From assembly GCA_030146045.1 (NCBI GenBank), contig JASLDG010000006.1:1-61466 (forward strand): a stretch of 61,466 nucleotides of DNA, written 5' to 3'. The notes under the pieces are model-generated. The model was not told the origin of the DNA and made no database searches. It saw nothing but the letters and a program-made list of their open reading frames with translations. This DNA comes from Candidatus Saccharimonadales bacterium. GTDB lineage: Bacteria; Patescibacteriota; Saccharimonadia; Saccharimonadales; Saccharimonadaceae. Numbering within the stretch: position 1 is the stretch's first letter; each line of letters begins with the position of its first letter. Positions 1-7,595 of this stretch are shown here, in pieces. The translations under genes were made by a program, and so were the position numbers.

Positions 1-1906
1 CGCCCATACACTTCGGAGTACCACCATCGTTCATACAGTATGTACCTCCAAGAATAGAACCGACAAACGGTATTGCCCATGCGCCGTCATCTGTTCCGAT
101 CGGGTCAACATCTTGCACTAAGCGGAATGGCGCATTCATAACATAAGATGAGGCAATCGACAGGAGTCCAGAGTAAGCAGGAGTGAATCCCATACAACCC
201 AAGTTACGCTGTGATGGAGCGCACACAAAGTCACCACCTAAACTAAACCCTTCAGCATCAAGACCATTGTCGAATTTATAGCCAACACCCCCAGGGAATG
301 CCTTACCGAAGAGATCACCAGGCAATATCGACTGCCATGCCGCAACATTTGGCACATACCCTGTGTAATTAAACGGTTGCACCGTCAAGGTCATCACTGG
401 TGTACCCCAATTAAATGGCAGAGCAATCCCCCAACAGTAGAGTTTCCCGTCGGTTATCGCACAGCTGTAGTGCGATCCTGCACCGATACGATCAAGTTTA
501 CGTCCGTACAATTTACCTGTATCGCTATCAGGTGCAACGATTGTTGGCGGAAAAAGTCCGAACCAGCCGCTACTACCTGGTCCCGGTACACCAACCGTAT
601 TGAAGATTGGGTCTACAAATGCACCGACCGCGTTCTTGGCAGTAGATGCCACCATACTGACAACTGGAGCAGCTTTCCAGTTCTCATATCCAAAAGGAGG
701 TGCTGGATTTGGCATGATTGCAGATGTACCAATGGCACCGGTTGAACTACCGAGCGTAAACGGTAGATTGTCGCAAAACCTCTGCTCGCCACCCAAGAAC
801 ATATTAAGAAACTGGAGCCAGTTCAGTGGATTGATAATCGCCTGGAAAATATTTGGCTTTTGCATCGTACAGTTCAGTGACCCTACTTGCTGGTAATCAT
901 TACCGCCCCAGCAATATGGTGCACCATCAGTCACTGCACAACTGTGCTGGAACACCGGTATAAACTGTGGCGCTGGCGTATTAGAAGGAGACGTACCTAT
1001 ATCGGTCACGAGACGGCCCTTCAATGTCAACCCCCAGTTTGCCGATGGGTCAACTTGATTGCCGACCCGTTGCGGCACAGCAACGCCCATCCCGCGCACC
1101 GCCTCATTACCCTGATTCTTAATCTGACCCATCAACGAGTCGGTCGCAAGCATGCTACCATTGCCGACCTGTCCGGCCAAATTATTACCCCAGCAATATG
1201 GCTCACCATCAGCAATCGCACAGGTGGTGGAATCGCTCACGGCGACCTTGGAAATAAATTTATTGCCTAATGCTGTTACCTGCGTCGGTACATTACGTTG
1301 CGTAAAATCACCCGTACCAAGCATACCCCATCCATTTGGACCCCAGCAGTACAGCTTACCGTTGTTAATCGAACATACATGAGCGTCAGCCTTTACATCA
1401 GTTGCAACCGCGCCCTTGGCATTGGCCATCACTTTGACAGTAGGCTGAATAATCACAACACGTGAGACCTGGTATGGATCGCCGACTTTGTTTCCACCCT
1501 GCATTCGCTGTACTGACCCGATTACCGTGGCCTTCATTGTATCTGGCCCATATTCTTCTGCACGAACAGGGGGCTTCACTTCGAAAGTTGACTGCCACGA
1601 GCCGTCGGACGCTTCTGTCACATAGGGCATACCACTTCCTGTTGCCGCAGTACCATCACACCTTTTATCTGGCGTCAGACTCGCAGTCCAGAGGTGACCT
1701 GATTCCATACGCACACACCCAGTCGCAAGCGACACCCCTGCTTGTGCGGCCTCTCGTGCGATCTGATTAAATGAAGTATCATTAAACTGCTGGCTTGAGT
1801 TAGTCACAAGTGAATAAAGCGTCACTGATGCAGTCATGATGCCTACACCTAGCAAAATAATTGCCGGTAAAATAAATCCTGTCTGTTGCGTTCGTCGTAT
1901 TTTCAT
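1..1906 (-). CDS. Giant pilus-associated protein, copy 2: PilX-like N-terminal helix plus RCC1-like propeller repeats (C-terminus lies beyond the window start)
   Basis: Missing from the ORF track because it stays open to nt 1. Manual translation from the ATG at 1906-1904 (1 nt after the stop of 1908..2774) gives MKIRRTQQTGFILPAIILLGVGIMTASVTLYSLV...QIAREAAQAGV. Blades follow: CSINNGKLYCWG, CAIADGEPYCWG, CAVTDGAPYCWG, CAITDGKLYCWG. No stop in 635 codons. Colinear with 3253..6333 (RIGAGSHYSCAITDG vs RIGAGGHFSCAITEG; NLGCMGFTPAYSGL vs NFNCMGYTPAFSGL). Confidence 0.8.
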   Translation of the reverse strand, partial: MKIRRTQQTGFILPAIILLGVGIMTASVTLYSLVTNSSQQFNDTSFNQIAREAAQAGVSLATGCVRMESGHLWTASLTPDKRCDGTAATGSGMPYVTEASDGSWQSTFEVKPPVRAEEYGPDTMKATVIGSVQRMQGGNKVGDPYQVSRVVIIQPTVKVMANAKGAVATDVKADAHVCSINNGKLYCWGPNGWGMLGTGDFTQRNVPTQVTALGNKFISKVAVSDSTTCAIADGEPYCWGNNLAGQVGNGSMLATDSLMGQIKNQGNEAVRGMGVAVPQRVGNQVDPSANWGLTLKGRLVTDIGTSPSNTPAPQFIPVFQHSCAVTDGAPYCWGGNDYQQVGSLNCTMQKPNIFQAIINPLNWLQFLNMFLGGEQRFCDNLPFTLGSSTGAIGTSAIMPNPAPPFGYENWKAAPVVSMVASTAKNAVGAFVDPIFNTVGVPGPGSSGWFGLFPPTIVAPDSDTGKLYGRKLDRIGAGSHYSCAITDGKLYCWGIALPFNWGTPVMTLTVQPFNYTGYVPNVAAWQSILPGDLFGKAFPGGVGYKFDNGLDAEGFSLGGDFVCAPSQRNLGCMGFTPAYSGLLSIASSYVMNAPFRLVQDVDPIGTDDGAWAIPFVGSILGGTYCMNDGGTPKCMG

Positions 1907-1907
1907 T

Positions 1908-2774
1908 TTAGCTCTCCCCATTAGTTCGCGTCACTATCACTGAATCCGTCGCTTCAAGTTTTCCCTTTTTAACCGTAATCTGAACTCTTATATATTTCGC
2001 TTTTGAAATATCGTCCGAACTGTTGATCTCTTGTGGCGTGCCGTCAGCTGCATTATTTTCGCGGTAATAAGACACTTTAAATCCCTGAACGTTCTCGAGC
2101 ACTTTTGCATCACGACCTTCACAAATCTTCGTATTATTATACCCTTGCGGACAGGTTTGTTTTGTACCATTCTCTAGATTACTCGCTCCCACGTACGCAC
2201 AAAGGCTCTTTGGCTTTTCATTTGGTCGCGCCGCATCATAATACGGAATACTTCGCCGCCAAAGTACACTATCTTTCACATAATAAACAAACGTATTACG
2301 CATGAAGCTCGTACAGCTACTGTCCGCCCATAAAACCTTGCGCTGTGGATCGTCGATATTATCCCCTTCGTCCGAAACAGTGGTCGCGTATTTTTGATAC
2401 ATCAAAATATTCTTGTCCATATTGTTCCCAAGGAATGTATATGGTGATGTGTCCCATTTTTTCGTCTCAGGACTTGCGAGAGTCGCGCCAGGATTTGTTG
2501 GATCTGGACCCACTTTATCTGTCGTGTCAATCTTAAGGAAGCTCACCGCTAGTACCACATCTTTAGAGACACGTCCAAGCGCGGCCTTGATATCAGTTTG
2601 CTGAACGACCGTCGCCATTTCAGTCGTTTGCGAACGCCAAATTGCATCCATTGGCCCAAACACGAGCGCCATTAAGATACCGGCTACCGCCATGACAATG
2701 AGAAGCTCTACCAAAGTAAAGCCTTTTTGTACGTTAATTAATGTAGGCCGCACGAACAACCGTCTCCGTTTCAT
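1908..2774 (-). CDS. Type IV minor pilin/pseudopilin, PilW-like (module 2)
   Basis: 288 aa. N-terminus ...INVQKG|FTLVELLIVMAVAGILMALVFGP has the prepilin cleavage/methylation motif plus a hydrophobic helix. Paralogue of 6330..7115 (shared GP.DA....S, V.FYVKD..L.RR blocks). Its start overlaps the upstream gene by 41 nt. Confidence 0.75.
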   Translation of the reverse strand: MKRRRLFVRPTLINVQKGFTLVELLIVMAVAGILMALVFGPMDAIWRSQTTEMATVVQQTDIKAALGRVSKDVVLAVSFLKIDTTDKVGPDPTNPGATLASPETKKWDTSPYTFLGNNMDKNILMYQKYATTVSDEGDNIDDPQRKVLWADSSCTSFMRNTFVYYVKDSVLWRRSIPYYDAARPNEKPKSLCAYVGASNLENGTKQTCPQGYNNTKICEGRDAKVLENVQGFKVSYYRENNAADGTPQEINSSDDISKAKYIRVQITVKKGKLEATDSVIVTRTNGES

Positions 2775-3174
2775 ATCTCACCTCAGCCTTGATTAGTATT
2801 GGCGCATTCGCAAGACACCCCTGAGGATAAAACACCAGGAGTCTTTGACTCGTCGTGGATGGTAAATTGGATTTTTCTGGAAGCGTCTGTGGAATAGTTA
2901 CACTCTTACCTGGTGCGTGACTATTGCGCGTTAAATCAGCAACCGCTTGCCCACCGCTCATCTCTGAGCAATCAATACCCCCAGGCAGCTGAGCCTGCTC
3001 TCGGTAGCGACCTACAATCCCTGCGGCGAGATTATTCGCTTCAGCATAGCGTATCGTCTTTACGCGCTGTGTCTGCACTGCTATAAATCCTTGCATTAAG
3101 AATGTAAAGAAGACAGAAAATACAACAATCGCGACAATCGTCTCAACAATAGTAAACCCCTCTTGTTTTCCCAT
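2734..3174 (-). CDS. Type IV minor pilin/pseudopilin, PilV-like (module 2)
   Basis: 146 aa. MGKQEG|FTIVETIVAIVVFSVFFTFLMQGFIAVQTQRV has the prepilin motif. Clear paralogue of 7096..7551. Confidence 0.75.
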   Translation of the reverse strand: MGKQEGFTIVETIVAIVVFSVFFTFLMQGFIAVQTQRVKTIRYAEANNLAAGIVGRYREQAQLPGGIDCSEMSGGQAVADLTRNSHAPGKSVTIPQTLPEKSNLPSTTSQRLLVFYPQGCLANAPILIKAEVRYETETVVRAAYIN

Positions 3175-3212
3175 GTGTATTTTCCTACCCTTAAATACTG
3201 CTTGTGCCTCTG

Positions 3213-3241
3213 ATTATATCGCTCCCCTTGCCATAAAGCAA
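3213..3241 (-). promoter_or_regulatory. Candidate sigma70-type promoter for pilus-tip module 2
   Basis: Minus-strand reading: TTGCTT (3241-3236), 17-nt spacer, TATAAT (3218-3213). It lies about 40 nt upstream of the ATG at 3174. Sequence pattern only. Confidence 0.3.
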
Positions 3242-3247
3242 GGGGAG
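3222..3247 (-). terminator. GC-rich hairpin just after the stop of the 1026-aa gene (possible attenuator between modules)
   Basis: ctccccttgc (3222-3231) pairs perfectly with gcaaggggag (3238-3247) around a 6-nt loop. There is no clear U-tract on the minus strand, so terminator function is uncertain. It overlaps the putative -35. Confidence 0.3.
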
Positions 3248-3252
3248 ATGTA

Positions 3253-6200
3253 CTAGAAGATTGGGCCGCGCTTGAATGGCGTGTCTGTCACATAGTCGTC
3301 AGTTGCCTGAGGTTGCAAGACGGCTCCAGGGGCACTTGCGATGCCGCTCTGGCCGCTTGTCGCATCACCCCAGCACAGGATACGGCCGTTAGCGACACTA
3401 CAGCTCGATCCAAGCCCGGCACTGATAGAAATTGACGCATTGCCACTTGCCGCACCGGTATTGACGACAACTGGACGTAGGCGATCTGTCGTCGCCTGAC
3501 CGTCACCGACACGACCGCTTGCAGCATTGCCCCAGCAATAGATTATTCCCTGAAGAACTGCACAGGCGTGCGCATCACCCACAGCAAGATCATTCGCCTG
3601 CAAACCACCCGCAACACCTGCAACCTTAGTAGGAATCTTGCCATCGGTTGAGCCCGTACCACCAGCTGCATCGGTACCAATCTGGCCATCTGTATTACGG
3701 CCCCAGCAACTCACAAAACTATTGATAACCGCACAGGTAAAGTTATTACCTGCACTGATTTGCGTAAAGGCCGGTGTCAGTTGATTACTATTCACGCCAC
3801 CAGCAGTACCGAGGATAAGCTGCCCGGCACCACCTGTATTTGTATCTCCAAGATTCGTGTTGCGTCCTGTCGCATAGTTTGCGTTCGTACCCCAGCAATA
3901 CCCATTGCCATTCGCGACCGCGCAGGCATGCTCTTTACCCATACTGATTGAGGTCGTCGCCTTGTCAGTCAACCCAGTGACCGGTACCGGAGAAGGGCGT
4001 GTCGTGGTTGAATTGTCACCTATCTGATGACGATTATTCTTGCCCCAGCAATACGCGCGCCCATCAGCGATCGCACACGTCCCTGTGTCACCAGCGCTGA
4101 CATCAGTCACGCGCTTACCCGCAAAAGCCCCGACAAGTGTTGGTACGTTTTTGGAACTAAGCGTACCATCACCAAGCTGACCATCGGTGTTGCGACCCCA
4201 ACAATAGAGCTGTCCGATAGAGATACCACAGGTATGATTTGTACCAGCACTTACTTTGCGGAAGACGCGATCAGCAACAGAGCTGACGATGCGCGGCTGC
4301 TTGACGTTCGTACCGTTTGGCACTGCAGCACCCATGCCGAGTTGCCCGTCATCATTCTTGCCCCAGCAGAATATCTGGCCGTTCACGATGCCACAGCTAT
4401 GACCGCCACCGGTTGAGGCCGAACCATCGGCGGCATAGGTCCCGGGATCAGCCCCGAGTGATCCAATCGATATCTGCGATGCACGATTGACCGTATCGTT
4501 CATACCGCCACCATTGCCAAGAGCACCAGAACCGCCATCAAGTCCCCAGCTAAATACCTGTCCATTCGCAATCATAGTGCCGTACATGCCGCTTGCTGCG
4601 ATTCGCGTTGGCACTTTGCCAGTGAAATCTGGACTCCCCCCTGTCAAAAGAGGGTTGAACTTCGTATTGCCAAAAATTGAGACGCCCGGGTCGGTACCCG
4701 TCGGTGCGCCTTCAATTGACCCAACACAACCGGCATTTCGATTGCTCGTCGTATCGGTTGGTGCTACCGCGCAAAACGTACCAAAGAACCCATTTACCCA
4801 TGGGATAACCTGCGACCATTGCCCATTATCGTGATCAACAACATCATAATTCGACAGAACAGTTACGGGCGCATTCAAGAAGTATGCTGTCAGGAAACTC
4901 GCAAGACCGCTGAATGCCGGTGTGTATCCCATACAGTTAAAGTTCCAGCTCGACATACCACAAGAAATGTCTCCGCTAAAGTTATATGAGGTGGTATCAA
5001 TCGGTTGCGTGTTTGCTCCAACCATTTCATATGGCGTACTTGTGACAGTAAATGGCTTTGGCATACCCCATACCGCCGGCAACCGCATACCCCAGCAGAT
5101 TTGTCGCCCTTCAGTGATCGCGCAACTGAAATGTCCGCCAGCGCCGATTCGGTCAATCTTGTGCCCAAAAAGTTCAGATTGCGTACTCTGCCTGCCGTAT
5201 GGGCTACACCCAAAAATTGGCACACAAAGCTGATTGTTATTATTGTCGTACCCGTAGACTGGTGTCGGCTCTTTGACAAACAATAGGTCTGAAATCGTAC
5301 CAAATGGATTTGTCTGATCGGTATCGCACGGCAACAGCGGCAAACAGACAATGTTGCCCAGTTGATAGTAATCATTACCACCCCAGCAGTACGCCGCCCC
5401 ATCGGTCACTGCGCAGCCATGCCGCATTACTGGCAATGGCTGAGGGAATGGATAATTTTGCGATGAAATCGACAGGTCGGTCACCTTGCGATTCTGCAAA
5501 TCACCCTTCACCTCCACTGGAACATTACTATCAGCATTGGTACCATTACCAAGCAACCCACTGATACCAGCACCCCAGCAGTACGCCTTGCCATCGGCAA
5601 TCGCACAGGTATTCGCATCACTCACGGTTACTTTTGAGACATACTTTCCTGTCAGCGCGCCGCCAACAAGCTTCGGTGAGGCTTCACCGAGCGATACCGT
5701 CCCAAGACCAAGCTCACCGCTTGTATTCTGGCCCCAACACCACAATTTTCCATTTGCAATCGCACAGGTATGCTGGTCGGCACGCACATCGGTTGCGACT
5801 TGTCCGGTTGCCTTATGTAAATAGCCATTACCCGGCTTAAAAACACTTATTTTTGTCGCTTCAATCGTCTTAACTGGTACGCCGGCCTGTAAGAGCTCGA
5901 CTTTACCCTTTGAAACAATCTGGCTCGTCTCAGCATCGTAGGTGCTGCTCTTTGATACCGGTGATGTCACCTCGAACGTCGAACGCCATACATTATCAGA
6001 TGACTGATAGACATACTGCGATGGAGCAGACGGTGAGCCGCTTGTAATTACCACGCCATTACAATCCGTGTTTGGACGCAAAAGCTTTGCACCTTGTATC
6101 CACTCTTTCGTACCTTCGGTCAAGCATCCTGTTGCGTATGCAATCCCCGAACGCGCCGCTTCCTGGGCCATTGTCTGGAAGGATTGGCCGTTTAGCGCCT

Positions 6201-6333
6201 GGCTCGACGATGCAATGACCTGCAAATACAGAGCAATGACAATCGAGATAGCCACGCAGAGCAGGATAGTCGCCGGTAATACATAGGCACGCTCGCCTTG
6301 CTTGCCTGTCATATTCTTGAAATACTCCATCAC
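3253..6333 (-). CDS. Giant pilus-associated protein, copy 1: PilX-like N-terminal helix fused to about 13 RCC1-type propeller blades
   Basis: 1026 aa. N-terminus ERAYVLPATILLCVAISIVIALYLQVIASSSQ...MAQEAARSGI. CWG/SWG/CMG blade signatures at aa 199, 252, 316, 413, 467, 595, 656, 711, 762, 813, 876, 933 and 987, many followed by G.N..GQLG. 4-nt ATGA overlap with the upstream pseudopilin gene. Confidence 0.85.
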   Translation of the reverse strand: MMEYFKNMTGKQGERAYVLPATILLCVAISIVIALYLQVIASSSQALNGQSFQTMAQEAARSGIAYATGCLTEGTKEWIQGAKLLRPNTDCNGVVITSGSPSAPSQYVYQSSDNVWRSTFEVTSPVSKSSTYDAETSQIVSKGKVELLQAGVPVKTIEATKISVFKPGNGYLHKATGQVATDVRADQHTCAIANGKLWCWGQNTSGELGLGTVSLGEASPKLVGGALTGKYVSKVTVSDANTCAIADGKAYCWGAGISGLLGNGTNADSNVPVEVKGDLQNRKVTDLSISSQNYPFPQPLPVMRHGCAVTDGAAYCWGGNDYYQLGNIVCLPLLPCDTDQTNPFGTISDLLFVKEPTPVYGYDNNNNQLCVPIFGCSPYGRQSTQSELFGHKIDRIGAGGHFSCAITEGRQICWGMRLPAVWGMPKPFTVTSTPYEMVGANTQPIDTTSYNFSGDISCGMSSWNFNCMGYTPAFSGLASFLTAYFLNAPVTVLSNYDVVDHDNGQWSQVIPWVNGFFGTFCAVAPTDTTSNRNAGCVGSIEGAPTGTDPGVSIFGNTKFNPLLTGGSPDFTGKVPTRIAASGMYGTMIANGQVFSWGLDGGSGALGNGGGMNDTVNRASQISIGSLGADPGTYAADGSASTGGGHSCGIVNGQIFCWGKNDDGQLGMGAAVPNGTNVKQPRIVSSVADRVFRKVSAGTNHTCGISIGQLYCWGRNTDGQLGDGTLSSKNVPTLVGAFAGKRVTDVSAGDTGTCAIADGRAYCWGKNNRHQIGDNSTTTRPSPVPVTGLTDKATTSISMGKEHACAVANGNGYCWGTNANYATGRNTNLGDTNTGGAGQLILGTAGGVNSNQLTPAFTQISAGNNFTCAVINSFVSCWGRNTDGQIGTDAAGGTGSTDGKIPTKVAGVAGGLQANDLAVGDAHACAVLQGIIYCWGNAASGRVGDGQATTDRLRPVVVNTGAASGNASISISAGLGSSCSVANGRILCWGDATSGQSGIASAPGAVLQPQATDDYVTDTPFKRGPIF

Positions 6334-7115
6334 ACCCCCGTTCCATTCACTCGTATCATACGCAATTTACTCGATGATGTCATGATATTCGATCCGCTGC
6401 CGTCACTGAGCTGTATCTCAACTTCAACCGATGTTGCCGCACTTGCGTCGCTCGGGTACGGCATTTCATTACCGTCACTTCCGTAGTACGTAACGGCGAA
6501 TTTTTTAACTCCGCGAGCTATCACCGCGTCACTCCCCTGGCATTCGGGCTGGCTAGCCCCTGGTGCGCAAGTCTGATGCATACCATTGGAAAGAGCTGAC
6601 TGACTCGAGCACCGACTACTAGGAGAAGCATCTGGCGACGAACGACGATACAGCGTGCCGTCTTTTACATAGAACACCATCGTATTCTCAATCGGCGTCG
6701 CGCAATCCGCCAGCATCAATATTACACGTGCAGGATTATCAACTGTATCACTGGACTCACCCATATTCGTTGCGTATCGGCCGATAATCAGCACGCGATT
6801 ATCAGCACCGCTCCCTTCGTATGTGTACGGCGCAGTATTCCACTTCGACCCCAACCCCGTCGGACCAACCGGGTCACTTTCGTTCGTTGTGTAAAAACCT
6901 CCAGCAAGTGCAACATCGCGCTCTATCATACGCAGCGATGCTCGCGCATCATACACTTGAGTCATCTTTTTCGTATCAGTCACACTCGAGGTATACAGCG
7001 CATCGAGCGGCCCAAACAAAATCATCATCATAATCGCCGCCACGAACATCACAATCAACAGCTCAACAATCGTGAAGCCATGCATCGCACGCGCTTTAAT
7101 TAACATATTCGACAT
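6330..7115 (-). CDS. Type IV minor pilin/pseudopilin, PilW-like (module 1)
   Basis: 261 aa. ...ARAMHG|FTIVELLIVMFVAAIMMMILFGPLDALYTSS has the prepilin motif. Overlaps neighbours by 20 nt (5') and 4 nt (3'). The start could instead be the internal ATG at 7106 or 7085. Confidence 0.75.
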   Translation of the reverse strand: MSNMLIKARAMHGFTIVELLIVMFVAAIMMMILFGPLDALYTSSVTDTKKMTQVYDARASLRMIERDVALAGGFYTTNESDPVGPTGLGSKWNTAPYTYEGSGADNRVLIIGRYATNMGESSDTVDNPARVILMLADCATPIENTMVFYVKDGTLYRRSSPDASPSSRCSSQSALSNGMHQTCAPGASQPECQGSDAVIARGVKKFAVTYYGSDGNEMPYPSDASAATSVEVEIQLSDGSGSNIMTSSSKLRMIRVNGTGV

Positions 7116-7551
7116 GTGTCACCTTCTCTGCATCATATTTCACAACCGACCGCAGCAACGCCGGCATTTGCGCGCCACATCCTCGCGGATACACAACCTC
7201 TATATAGTAGTCAGTCGACGAAGGAAGCGCCGTCCCCGTCAGTGAGCCGCCAATCTGCGCCTTGCCAATAACCGACCCCGGGGCAGTGGTATTGTAGGTA
7301 TAATTGTTTGGATTAGATGAGTCGGTGACTGCATTGTTACACGCAACAGTACTCGGTAAACTTAATTTTTTGGTATATTTCTTGAGATTAGAAGTAGCGA
7401 GGTCATGCGCGTCTGACAAGCGAACCACCTGGACACGCTGTGATGTCGCCGCAATAAATCCCTGAAAAAGCAGACCTACAAAAATCCCGACCACAACTAT
7501 TGTCACGATCATCTCGACAATGGTAAAACCAGCGCTTGCCCTATACCCCAT
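7096..7551 (-). CDS. Type IV minor pilin/pseudopilin, PilV-like (module 1)
   Basis: 151 aa. MGYRASAG|FTIVEMIVTIVVVGIFVGLLFQGFIAATSQRV has the prepilin motif. Confidence 0.75.
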   Translation of the reverse strand: MGYRASAGFTIVEMIVTIVVVGIFVGLLFQGFIAATSQRVQVVRLSDAHDLATSNLKKYTKKLSLPSTVACNNAVTDSSNPNNYTYNTTAPGSVIGKAQIGGSLTGTALPSSTDYYIEVVYPRGCGAQMPALLRSVVKYDAEKVTHVEYVN

Positions 7552-7595
7552 AACTTATGGGTAAGTATAGCACAAGCATAATGTCTATAAAAAGC

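Noticed and set aside
377-1770. Plus-strand ORFs 377..745, 415..603, 600..896, 887..1270, 1152..1382 and 1462..1770.
   Set aside because: All lie antisense to the uninterrupted minus-strand RCC1-repeat reading frame (1..1906). Their translations are low-complexity, Cys/Arg/Trp-rich shadow frames with no motifs.
1-6333. A diversity-generating retroelement or other hypervariation system acting on the giant surface proteins.
   Set aside because: There is no reverse transcriptase ORF (no YxDD-type motif in any ORF of the window). I found no template/variable repeat pair beyond the short blade-motif matches.
3760-6486. Many 60-170 aa ORFs on both strands inside the 1026-aa gene (for example 4027..4416, 4487..4834, 4890..5402, 5486..5824).
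   Set aside because: These are shadow ORFs of a long, repeat-rich gene. None has an RBS or a recognisable protein signature, whereas the 1026-aa frame shows periodic RCC1 motifs.
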